This document shows positions 18,117-26,338 of a stretch of DNA of 64,000 nt, in pieces. Origin of the DNA: Planctomycetota bacterium (lineage in GTDB: Bacteria > Planctomycetota > UBA1135 > GCA-002748355); the NCBI GenBank assembly GCA_026984035.1, contig JALSSW010000070.1, forward strand, positions 571 through 64,570, written 5' to 3'. The position numbers were made by a program, and so were the translations under genes. Position 1 is the first letter of the stretch, and each line of letters begins with the position of its first letter. A model generated the notes under the pieces. The model made no database searches and was not told the origin of the DNA. It saw nothing but the letters and a program-made list of their open reading frames with translations.

Positions 18117-18323
18117 CAGTCGTCCTCTTTTCCCTTTGCTTTGTTAACCTGTTTTTTTCATGCCTTCGCTGCATTGACCGTATTTTTTTCAGAAAAAGGC
18201 TCCCAAGGGGTAGGTTCCATCTTGGAAGAATCATCCTGAAACGAAACAACTCTGATAGACAGCTCATGCAAAGCACATTGATGGTTTTGCATGCACTTAA
18301 AACAACTTCATGAATAAACTTGG

Positions 18324-19382
18324 TTAAGCGATAAAATCGATCCCGGCTCCCTTTTGGATTCGAAGGGGAGAGATCAGGTGAGTCTCTGGAGAAGACGCAG
18401 GGTTCATGCCTTCTTGTGCTCTCCCTCCTGTTTTTCTAAAACTTTGTTCAAAGTTTTCCCCATCGCGGGCTTGTTCCTGTTGGGTTCCTGTACGAACGTC
18501 GAAGTCCTCAACATTCATCCCTTGGCTTAGGAGGAGTTTTTTTAGCTCCCCTATTTCTTGACGAAGGGAATCGGTTACTTCCTTATGTTCAGCCCGAATC
18601 TTTAACCGCAGCTTGTCCCCATCGAGTTTGAGCTCCAGGGCAATATGCCCAAGGCTTGGTGGATTAATGGCGAGGAACATACTGCCTCCTTCCTGGGTGA
18701 GGGCCATGGTGACTTGGCGAAAAATGGAGTCTCTGTTCGCTTTTGCTAGTTCCGCCCGCTGGGGGTCAGTTCCACGGTAACCGGCTCTTGTTTCTTTGGG
18801 TTTTTGAAAATCTTTGGCCTCCCTGGATTTGTTTTGTGAGCTTTTACTCAGGTTGGAAGATCCACTTCGTTCCACTCCTTTGACTCCTTGGTTTTTTGCG
18901 CCTGGGAGGCGATTGGCTCCCCTGCCTTGGAAGTCGGAGAAGGATTGAGGCTGAGTACTCAGGTTTTGTTGAAATGTCCTCCTTGAGGTGGGCCTAAGTC
19001 GTTTGGAATCAGTCACTTCCCTTGAGAGATTCCTCCGGGTAGCGGGGTTCTTTCCAGCAAAGGAAAGGGTGTCCCCTTTCGCTGCTTCATCCTCCCCTTC
19101 GGTGGTTGGGGTGTCGGGATTGGTCGCTTGGGTTTTTGTCTGGATGTGTTCGGGTGTTTCTGTGGGGGGTTGACGGATAGGGGCCAGTCCTGGATTTGGC
19201 GTGTTGGGTGGAAGGCTGTGGCTTTGTTCCGTATTCCCAGGTTCTGATTTTTCGACCTTTTGGCGCTTTTCTTTTTTGGTGAAAAGTTTCTCGAAGGTCC
19301 CCGCGGTTTTTCTGGGGTCATCTGTAATGGTGGGGAGATCCTCGATTTTGACATCCAAGCGTCCAAAGGGGGTTAATTGCAT
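18324..19382 (-). CDS. fliK: Flagellar hook-length control protein FliK
   Basis: Pro/Thr-rich centre. C-terminal Flg_hook-like block (FLAINPPSLGHIALELKLDGDKLRLKIRAEHKEVTDSLRQEIGELKKLL). The ORF opens at TTG 19412, but ATG 19382 has AGGAG 5 nt upstream, so I prefer it. Confidence 0.8.
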   Translation of the reverse strand: MQLTPFGRLDVKIEDLPTITDDPRKTAGTFEKLFTKKEKRQKVEKSEPGNTEQSHSLPPNTPNPGLAPIRQPPTETPEHIQTKTQATNPDTPTTEGEDEAAKGDTLSFAGKNPATRRNLSREVTDSKRLRPTSRRTFQQNLSTQPQSFSDFQGRGANRLPGAKNQGVKGVERSGSSNLSKSSQNKSREAKDFQKPKETRAGYRGTDPQRAELAKANRDSIFRQVTMALTQEGGSMFLAINPPSLGHIALELKLDGDKLRLKIRAEHKEVTDSLRQEIGELKKLLLSQGMNVEDFDVRTGTQQEQARDGENFEQSFRKTGGRAQEGMNPASSPETHLISPLRIQKGAGIDFIA

Positions 19383-19706
19383 GCCTTCTCCTGTTCCAGT
19401 CTTGATTGCCAATAGAACTCACATCTCTCATGCCAACCACATGCAAAATGGACTGATTTCCTTGGAGTGCACAATTTCTATAAAGGGGTTTGCGAACTAG
19501 GTTCCCCTCCCAAGGTGAAAGCGCCGGGTGATAGGTGAGAACTGCGGCCCCGGTCGGAAATGATTTCTTGAGAAAGAAAAATGGGCGGAAAAAATTTCGG
19601 GAAGAAATTTCAAAACAAGCCCATGGTGGCGAAGGAATGGGGCAATGTTGGATGCATGGGTTCTGTCGAAAAAGACAACAAAACTGCTTTGTTGCATGGG
19701 GATTTC

Positions 19707-19733
19707 TCAAGAGCTCATTCCAAAATCCGAACA
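19707..19733 (+). promoter_or_regulatory. Candidate sigma-28 (FliA) type promoter upstream of flgM
   Basis: TCAA-N15-TCCGAACA compared with the TAAA-N15-GCCGATAA consensus (3/4 and 5/8 matches), about 54 nt upstream of the flgM ATG. Match by eye only. Confidence 0.25.
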
Positions 19734-19786
19734 TGTAAGAACAACCCTCCTTTGGACATTTGGAGGATCCCGTCGCGGAGAAAGGA

Positions 19787-20125
19787 ATGCAAATCAGAGG
19801 AATCAATCCTGGGAAGAAGGGGAATGGCTTGGAGAAGAGTGAATTTTCTGAGCACAAAACTTCTCATGCAGGTCTTAAGAATGAAAGCGAAGAGAAGGCC
19901 CCGGTTTTGCTTCCCACCAATGATCGGGTTTCTATTTCGCCGAGTCTTCGGGAGCACACAAAAGCCCTTGGCGATTTAGTCCAAAAGGCCAAGGCGCATG
20001 GATCGGTGTTAGATCCCCATCATCAGGCCAGGCTCGATTCCCTGAAGGCAAAAATTGACCAAGGGACACTTCTCACCCCGGAGGTCCTCATGAAAACCGC
20101 CGAAAAGATCCTTGAGGATCTCTAG
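19787..20125 (+). CDS. flgM: Anti-sigma-28 factor FlgM
   Basis: MQIRGINP... at the N-terminus and DRVSISPS in the middle. The C-terminus ARLDSLKAKIDQGTLLTPEVLMKTAEKILEDL matches the FlgM pattern. The ORF 19760..20125 was trimmed to the ATG preceded by GAAAGGA. Confidence 0.6.
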   Translation: MQIRGINPGKKGNGLEKSEFSEHKTSHAGLKNESEEKAPVLLPTNDRVSISPSLREHTKALGDLVQKAKAHGSVLDPHHQARLDSLKAKIDQGTLLTPEVLMKTAEKILEDL

Positions 20126-20158
20126 TCCCTTCTATTTAGGAAGGGGGATTCATACTCT

Positions 20159-20794
20159 TCATTGGGAGAGAGTGCTGACCGATCTACGAATGGCAAACCG
20201 CCCGAAGCGCCTGGGAGAAAGCATTAAAAATTCCCAGCCGTGCATGTTGGCCTGTGGAGCGAGAGTGGTCCGTGCGTAGTCAATCAGATCCAAGCGGGTT
20301 CGTTCCGTACCAGCATCCCAAGTTTGATCCACAGCCCAAATCACCTTTCCCGAGTGTACCGAAACGAGCTGAAGCCTAAGGCCTAAGCGTGGTGGTTTAT
20401 AGGGAAACCATTGCGTGACCCGTGTCAGCAATAACGCATCTGCTTGATACCTTCGACCTAGATCTACGACCAAATCGGGATCAATCTTTCCACGGCGCTC
20501 TGTGGGATAGATTTCTTTCCCTTCAGTTGTAGCGGTATCCATCCGGAGGACTTGGAAGCGACCTTGGGATGTGAGTTCAGAAATGAGAGTGGCCTCTAGG
20601 TCCTTTCTCACTTTTGTTGTCATTTTTGTTGCTTGGATGGGGAGGACAAGAACGCGGCGGCAGAGCCGAAGATCTTGAGTTTCTCCCAAGTAAGAACTAA
20701 CGGGTGCTGCGGCTCCCACCTCTTCCTTTGCAAAAAGAAAACATGACTGCAAGGAAAGAAGTTGGACGATTAAACAGAATCGCGTGAATCTCAT
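20159..20794 (-). CDS. Putative lipoprotein, unknown function (last gene of the fliA operon)
   Basis: Signal peptide with cysteine (CLIVQLLSLQSC). The pattern VLVLPIQ...LISELTSQGRFQVLRMD...LGRRYQADALLLTRVTQW...LQLVSVHSGKVIWA resembles LpoB/FlgO/CsgG-type periplasmic lipoproteins, judged from memory only. Confidence 0.55.
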   Translation of the reverse strand: MRFTRFCLIVQLLSLQSCFLFAKEEVGAAAPVSSYLGETQDLRLCRRVLVLPIQATKMTTKVRKDLEATLISELTSQGRFQVLRMDTATTEGKEIYPTERRGKIDPDLVVDLGRRYQADALLLTRVTQWFPYKPPRLGLRLQLVSVHSGKVIWAVDQTWDAGTERTRLDLIDYARTTLAPQANMHGWEFLMLSPRRFGRFAIRRSVSTLSQ

Positions 20795-21327
20795 TTTCCT
20801 GCCCTTGCGGGAGTGCCCATGGCCTTGGTCAACTTCTGTTCTTCGATACCGATTTTCAACTGGAGGAGTTCTTGTTCCAATCGGACCTTTTCCAAGCTCA
20901 AATTCAGGATCCGAGCTTCCCGATCAAAGAGTTTTTCAGCAAGGGCCTTTCTTGTTTCCTGGGTACTCAGGAGAAGGCTGCTGGTTTCCCTATTCTTTTT
21001 TTCGGCGTCTGCAAGCTGAAAGTGGGTTTGCTTTAGCTGCTCTTCAAGTTCTTGGACTCGGATCTCCAAGCTTTTGACTTTTTTCTTTTCGATTTGAAGG
21101 GCTTCAAGCATCGTGACGGAACCCGCTCCGAGGTCCACCCCAGTGGCGGGGCCTTTTTCGAGGTAGGTCTCCTTCTTCTCTTGTGCAGCTTTTTCTCCCT
21201 TTTTGTTCTCGTTTCCAAAGGACAGTTGAAGGGCACCACAGGAAGTAAGAAGCAAGAGGGAGCCCAAGAGAATGGCCTCTTTGGGGCATGATCGAAGAAG
21301 GGCTAAGCTATTCCGGATTCGAGACAT
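20791..21327 (-). CDS. Coiled-coil lipoprotein, unknown function
   Basis: Good lipobox (LLLLTSCG). The remainder is heptad-rich and charged (VKSLEIRVQELEEQLKQTHFQLADAEKK...). There is a 4-nt overlap with the downstream lipoprotein gene. Confidence 0.6.
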   Translation of the reverse strand: MSRIRNSLALLRSCPKEAILLGSLLLLTSCGALQLSFGNENKKGEKAAQEKKETYLEKGPATGVDLGAGSVTMLEALQIEKKKVKSLEIRVQELEEQLKQTHFQLADAEKKNRETSSLLLSTQETRKALAEKLFDREARILNLSLEKVRLEQELLQLKIGIEEQKLTKAMGTPARAGK

Positions 21328-21553
21328 TGTTCTCTTCTTGGTCTTCGTAAAGGCATTCGATTCTCAGCTCCTCCCCACAGGTGCAGCGGATATCCAGATA
21401 GCAAATCGTTCCATCCAAGATGACGGGGGTTACAGACATCATGTGCTGCGACCCTCCTCCTGTGGTCATGAGGACAGGTTTGTCGATGAGTCTCACTTTG
21501 GACCCGTCGATCCGGGGACTATGGGAAGGAGAAGGTGTTGAATTCTTGTTCAC
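21308..21553 (-). CDS. Small Cys-containing hypothetical protein (81 aa)
   Basis: ORF only, co-directional within the fliA operon. It overlaps the next gene by 20 nt and contains C-x9-C-x-C-x8-C. Confidence 0.35.
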   Translation of the reverse strand: MNKNSTPSPSHSPRIDGSKVRLIDKPVLMTTGGGSQHMMSVTPVILDGTICYLDIRCTCGEELRIECLYEDQEENNVSNPE

Positions 21554-21566
21554 TCAACCTTCTTCG

Positions 21567-21845
21567 TCATGCGAAGAGGTCAATCTTGAGTCCCTTGGCA
21601 CCGGACTTTTGCCGCATTGGTTTTTTTTTGGCCAAGTGGTGAAACCCTGCCAACCCTTTCCTCTTCCTTGATTGGAGATTCTCTCCCTTGTTTTTAGCCC
21701 TTTTTGCGCTTTCCTCAGGGGAGTCTTCATCCTCAGTCCCTTCTGAAAGGGCTTGCTCAAAAGCTCCTTGCTTTCCTTGTCTTCTTGCCCGATCCCCGAC
21801 CTTTTGGGACGTAGAAAAAATGTTCCTAATGCTTGCAAGGTTCAT
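21567..21845 (-). CDS. Small highly charged protein, translationally coupled to fliA
   Basis: The ATG overlaps the fliA stop (ATGA at 21842-21845). An alternative frame, 21554..21838, is also fully open. I prefer this frame because of the coupling. Confidence 0.4.
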   Translation of the reverse strand: MNLASIRNIFSTSQKVGDRARRQGKQGAFEQALSEGTEDEDSPEESAKRAKNKGENLQSRKRKGLAGFHHLAKKKPMRQKSGAKGLKIDLFA

Positions 21846-22576
21846 GTCTCCTCCGAGTTCAAGGCAAAACGGAGTTGGGTCAGGGCGTGTGAAATCAGTT
21901 GACTTACTCGTGATTCGCTCACACCGATCAAAGTCCCGATGTCCTTGAGTAAAAGGCCTTCTTGATAGTAGAGGACAATGGCTTGGCAGGCTTTTTCCGG
22001 GAGATTTGGGAGTTCCTTGCTGATGCTTAGGAGGCGTTCCACTCGGACAGCTTCATCTTCCGGGGACACCCCTTGTGCGGGAGGGAGAATGTCGTAACCA
22101 CCTTCTTCTTCGCGGGTTTCAAACTCGATGGAGAGAACTCGGGATGTGTGAAGAGCCTCAAAGAGGCGATCAATTTCGGCGGGGGGACAGTCCATTCTGT
22201 CCGCCAGTTCTTCACGGGTTGGAGAGCGACCGAGCTCTCCGGAAAGCTCTCGACGGTTGATTTCCAAGTTTTTGCTCTTTTCACGAACAGAGCGGGGAAC
22301 GGGATCTACCCGCCTGATCTCATCAAGGATGGCTCCTCGAATCAGGGTATAGGCATAGGTCTTGAACGATGCGCCCCTGCTCTTTTTGTAAGTGGCTGCA
22401 GCCTTCATCAGCCCAAGGACACCCACGCTAAAGAGGTCTTCTCGGTCTAAACCCGGTGGAAGAGTAATGTTAAGCCTCCCTACGATGTGGTGCACCAGGG
22501 GTAAGTATTGCTCGACCAAGGCATGGTGTTCGTCCTTCAGGCGGTTCTTCTTGGTTGTGGGTGGGAGGAGGCTCAT
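21842..22576 (-). CDS. fliA: Flagellar sigma factor FliA (sigma-28)
   Basis: Region 2 (DLFSVGVLGLMKAAATYKKSRGASFKTYAYTLIRGAILDEIRR) and region 4 (LKDIGTLIGVSESRVSQLISHAL) are present. 244 aa. Confidence 0.93.
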   Translation of the reverse strand: MSLLPPTTKKNRLKDEHHALVEQYLPLVHHIVGRLNITLPPGLDREDLFSVGVLGLMKAAATYKKSRGASFKTYAYTLIRGAILDEIRRVDPVPRSVREKSKNLEINRRELSGELGRSPTREELADRMDCPPAEIDRLFEALHTSRVLSIEFETREEEGGYDILPPAQGVSPEDEAVRVERLLSISKELPNLPEKACQAIVLYYQEGLLLKDIGTLIGVSESRVSQLISHALTQLRFALNSEET

Positions 22577-22818
22577 TCTTCAGCCTCCCTGCGCTTTTTC
22601 TCTGCTTCTGTAATTGCCTGCAGAATGGTATCAATCAGGGGAATCAGCAGGATACGGCCCAAAAAGTAGACCAAAATGAAGGCGATCCCTCCTCTTAAGA
22701 GAGCTGTCGACCAAGAAGCCCCAATCAAAATGGCTAAAAGCCAAACGATTGAGAAACCCAAGCTACCAAGGTAGGCGGCAGTGGATTTCGCCAGTTTCTT
22801 TGTGCCTTCGTACTCCAT
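22573..22818 (-). CDS. Small two-TM membrane protein, coupled upstream of fliA
   Basis: 81 aa with two hydrophobic helices (LGFSIVWLLAILIGA, IAFILVYFLGRILLIPLI). Its stop overlaps the fliA start by 4 nt. Confidence 0.5.
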   Translation of the reverse strand: MEYEGTKKLAKSTAAYLGSLGFSIVWLLAILIGASWSTALLRGGIAFILVYFLGRILLIPLIDTILQAITEAEKKRREAEE

Positions 22819-23125
22819 TCGTCCTTTGTTGGAGGCAATTCCCCCGATGTTCTGATGTCATCGGATCAAGAGGGAAAGAGACTGAAGAAAATCCTTGGAG
22901 GCCTATCCAGGATGGGTTTTCTTGAACGATTAGGAAGGACGCTGAAAAGGCAGGCTTGGGGAGGGGGGTGGCCTTTTCATCTAGGCCCTCTGCTCATTCC
23001 TAAATAAGGCTTTTAGGATCCTGCATTCTCTGAATGAGATCCCGTATGTAAATTGGGCTACGGGGAAAGAAATTGAGCAAAATGAAAGATAAGACCCCAG
23101 GGATGGGTGAGTTGGAGGCGAACGA

Positions 23126-24445
23126 GTGATTCCGCTCGATCGATTGGATGCATTGGTGGTTGCTCTTTGGGAGCAGAAAATCAAGGACTCCAAAGCTTCT
23201 GCCATGCAGCTCATGCGGAAACTCTTTCGAGAGCAAGGGCTTCGTCCCAAACAGCAAAAGCGTGTGAAGTCTTTGTTTCATCAATGGTTGTCCACCGAGG
23301 CCTTGGTGGAATATGCATTGGAGAATTCTGCACCAGGAGGAATCATTGGGGTATTGGCGGGTCCTGTGCGCTTGCTCGTCAGTCGCGTTTTAGCTGGAGA
23401 TCTCTCCCCAAAAGAAGCTCGAAAAAAAATCCCATGGATGGCCTGGGATGTTGTTGTGGGTATCCCCCAAGAAGTTCAGAAGATTCCCGATTTGCCCCGT
23501 CGGTTGGAACTGCTGGGTTCGATTTCGCCTTGGCTGGCTCGGCGTCTTTCGGAGGTTTTTGGGGAGGAGGCCCAACCATGCTTAGAGGGATTGCTTGGAA
23601 AGGCCCCTGTGACAATCCGGAGCAATCCGCTTTGGGGGACGAGAGAGGATCTTCAGGTTTCTCTCGAAGAGGAGGATATCCTTACGCGCCAATGTTCTTA
23701 TGCGCCCTATGGGCTTGTCCTCGAAAAACCTGCACAACTCCTTCGAAGTCGGGCCTTTAGGGAGGGGGCCTTTGAGTTGCAAGATGAAGCGAGCCAACTT
23801 GTGGCTTCGCTTGTTTTTCCCCCTTTAGGAGGTCTTGTCTTGGATGCCTGTGCTGGGGCGGGAGGCAAGGCTCTGGCCTTAGGCGGAATGGTGGGGAAAA
23901 ACGGGAGAGTTGTGGCGTTGGACACCAGTGCCTCCCGCCTTTCAGATCTCCGTCGTAGAGCCCGTCGTGCACGAGCCGATCACATCGAAGGATTCCGCGT
24001 TCCCCAAGAACGATGGCCGCCTCGGATCATTGAGATTGCCAGGAAGGCTGATCGGATTCTTGTGGACGCTCCCTGTTCCGGCCTGGGTTCACTCCGCCGA
24101 AACCCGGACCTCAGAGGCCGAATCCATGAAAACGAGGTTCGTAGAGTTCGTGCTATACAGCTTCGCCTTCTTGAACGGGCAGCCCAGATCCTTGCCCCCG
24201 GAGCGTTGCTTGTCTATGCAACCTGCACCTTCCTCCCGGAGGAAAATCAAGAAATTGTGGACGAGATTTGTCAAAGAGTTCCCGGTTTGGAGAGAGTCCC
24301 AGTTGCTGAAATTTTTGCGCGCATCCTTGAGGAGTCCGGGCCCCTCCCTTTCACCACAGAGGAAGGGATGTTTTTTCAGAGCTTTCCGCATCGCCATGGA
24401 ATGGATGGCTTTTTCGGGGCGGTCTTACGGAAGAGGCGAAGCTGA
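23126..24445 (+). CDS. rsmB: 16S rRNA (cytosine-C5)-methyltransferase RsmB/Sun family
   Basis: SAM motif LDACAGAGGKALAL. Catalytic VDAPCSGLGSLRRNPD and YATCTFLPEEN. Confidence 0.88.
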   Translation: MIPLDRLDALVVALWEQKIKDSKASAMQLMRKLFREQGLRPKQQKRVKSLFHQWLSTEALVEYALENSAPGGIIGVLAGPVRLLVSRVLAGDLSPKEARKKIPWMAWDVVVGIPQEVQKIPDLPRRLELLGSISPWLARRLSEVFGEEAQPCLEGLLGKAPVTIRSNPLWGTREDLQVSLEEEDILTRQCSYAPYGLVLEKPAQLLRSRAFREGAFELQDEASQLVASLVFPPLGGLVLDACAGAGGKALALGGMVGKNGRVVALDTSASRLSDLRRRARRARADHIEGFRVPQERWPPRIIEIARKADRILVDAPCSGLGSLRRNPDLRGRIHENEVRRVRAIQLRLLERAAQILAPGALLVYATCTFLPEENQEIVDEICQRVPGLERVPVAEIFARILEESGPLPFTTEEGMFFQSFPHRHGMDGFFGAVLRKRRS

Positions 24446-25316
24446 TCGCCTTGCATTTGGCGGCACAACCGGCCAGGTCGAGGTAGATGGGATCTTCGGT
24501 GTCCAACTTCAAGCTTAAGGGGAGTTGGTTCTTTACCGAGAGGTCAATCCTTTCATCCTCATGAAGCCAGCCAGCGAGATCGGGTTCGAAAGACAGAAAG
24601 CGTTTCCCTACTTTTCGAAGGCGGGAGGCAGTGAGAAGTGCTTCACGTTTGTCTCTAATGCGGTTGATGATTAAGGCTGGCTTTTTATCGGGGCGGCGTC
24701 TCCGGGCCAGCTTAAGCAGGGCGTAGGCGTCCGTTACGGATGCCGGATCTGGTTGCGTCACAATCAGAGTTTGGTCGGCATGTTCGATGGCGCGAAGAAC
24801 CCAGGGGCCGATGCCCGCTCCTGTGTCGAGGAGAACGATATCGATGTTTTTGAAGAGAGGGCGTAGGGCCTGTATGAGTCGGTCCATGGCCTTGGGATTG
24901 TAAGGATCTGTAGCGGGAGCCTGTTCTTCTGGATCTTGGTTTGTTCCCATGTTGCCACCCGGGACGATCCAGACACCCTTAGGTCCAATGAGGACTGCTT
25001 CTTCCGCGCTACATGTTCCCTCGAGGAGATCTCTTGTTGTGCGCTTGGCTTGGAGGCGGAGGTGGACATCTATATTGGCCAGGCCGGGATCGACATCGAC
25101 GAGGAGAACTCGGAGGCCCATGCGCTGGAATTGAAAGGCGAGATTGACGGAAAGGACGGTTTTTCCTGTTCCCCCCTTACCGCTGGCGATGGCGAGGATC
25201 TTGGGATCCTGGTCCCTTGATGGAGCCTTGGAGGGGGCCCGACCAGTTCGTTGACCTTCTTTTTTCTGACCGGAAAGAAGGCGAAGCGTCGTTGCTTGAT
25301 CGTGAGGGAGGTTCAT
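24351..25316 (-). CDS. flhG: MinD/ParA-type ATPase FlhG (flagellar number regulator)
   Basis: Deviant Walker A (ILAIASGKGGTGKTVLSVNLA). The ATG at 25316 forms an ATGA overlap with the flhF stop. The ORF track start at 25409 was trimmed. The 3-prime 95 nt overlap rsmB convergently. Confidence 0.85.
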   Translation of the reverse strand: MNLPHDQATTLRLLSGQKKEGQRTGRAPSKAPSRDQDPKILAIASGKGGTGKTVLSVNLAFQFQRMGLRVLLVDVDPGLANIDVHLRLQAKRTTRDLLEGTCSAEEAVLIGPKGVWIVPGGNMGTNQDPEEQAPATDPYNPKAMDRLIQALRPLFKNIDIVLLDTGAGIGPWVLRAIEHADQTLIVTQPDPASVTDAYALLKLARRRRPDKKPALIINRIRDKREALLTASRLRKVGKRFLSFEPDLAGWLHEDERIDLSVKNQLPLSLKLDTEDPIYLDLAGCAAKCKAISFASSVRPPRKSHPFHGDAESSEKTSLPLW

Positions 25317-26338
25317 GCGGGAATGGTCTCCTGGATGGCGGCTTTGGCGATGATGGCTCCTTCGGCGGGGAGAAGATCTTCGGGGACATTTTGGCCGTTG
25401 GTGATCCAACTAAGGGGAATGTTTCGTTCGATGGCAAGGGAAAGGGCTTCGCCGGGGGCAAGGGTTTCATCCCATTTGGTTAGGGTGATGAAACTCGGTT
25501 CAAAGGGCTGGAAGGCGCGGAGGTTGGCGATCAGGTCGCGGCGTCGGGTGCCAGCGCTTAGGCAGAGGTGCACTTCGATAGGCATGTCCGCCAAAAATCC
25601 CCGCATGGCCTTGAGGGAGGCCGCGTCTTTGGGGCTCCTGCCGGTCGTATCGATAAAAATGCGATCATGGTGCTGGAATTCCCGCAGGGCGGCTCGGAGA
25701 TCTTGAGGAGTAAAGGCCACGCGAAAAGGGGCACCCATCATTTCCGCAAACGCCCTAAGCTGCTCCACTGCTGCGATCCGAAAAGTGTCCGTTGAAATAA
25801 TCCCCACGCTTAGATCTTGATGAATCGTTGCTTGAGCAGCGAGTTTGGCAAGTGTGGTGGTTTTGCCGACCCCCGTTGGGCCAACCAGGGCAAGGGCTTT
25901 AGAGCGTGGAGTGGGCTGACTTCTCAAGGCTGTCCCACTATCCCCAGCGGTGGGGATCAGGCCGGCCAATACACGTCGAAGAACTCCTGGGAGCGAGGGG
26001 TTTCCCTTTTTTAAAAGGTGAGGGTCCAAGCCTTTGACTGCCCGAAGGAGGATCTTGATCAGCTTTTGAGAAAGACCAAACTCAGCCAGCTCTTCAGCGA
26101 ATGGCCGGAAACCCACTGGCAATACCAACTTAGGCTCGGGTTGCTCAAGAACATAGGGTGTCCCCTTCCAAGGGTTTTCCGGGGCATCCTGGGGGGGGTG
26201 AGGCTCACGTTTGGCGATGACGGTAGCGACGCCCCCAGAGAAACTGGTCTCGACGATGATGGCATCTGAGCCGACTTCTTTTCGGACCCGTTCTAGGGCT
26301 TCGGCCATTGTTCGGCCAACGACCTTTCTGAGAATCAT
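25313..26338 (-). CDS. flhF: SRP-like GTPase FlhF
   Basis: LVGPTGVGKTTTLAKLAA (G1), DTTGRS (G3) and TKWDET (G4). Confidence 0.93.
   Translation of the reverse strand: MILRKVVGRTMAEALERVRKEVGSDAIIVETSFSGGVATVIAKREPHPPQDAPENPWKGTPYVLEQPEPKLVLPVGFRPFAEELAEFGLSQKLIKILLRAVKGLDPHLLKKGNPSLPGVLRRVLAGLIPTAGDSGTALRSQPTPRSKALALVGPTGVGKTTTLAKLAAQATIHQDLSVGIISTDTFRIAAVEQLRAFAEMMGAPFRVAFTPQDLRAALREFQHHDRIFIDTTGRSPKDAASLKAMRGFLADMPIEVHLCLSAGTRRRDLIANLRAFQPFEPSFITLTKWDETLAPGEALSLAIERNIPLSWITNGQNVPEDLLPAEGAIIAKAAIQETIPA

Noticed and set aside
22944-22978. GAAAAGGC...GCCTTTTC inverted repeat in the fliA-operon/rsmB divergent region as a terminator
   Set aside because: It has an 8-bp stem with a 19-nt G-rich loop. 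No gene ends upstream of it on either strand, and there is no U-tract beyond the stem.
23107-23760. 217-aa plus-strand ORF overlapping the 5-prime half of rsmB in another frame
   Set aside because: The rsmB frame continues into the SAM-binding and catalytic Cys motifs. The alternative frame has none.
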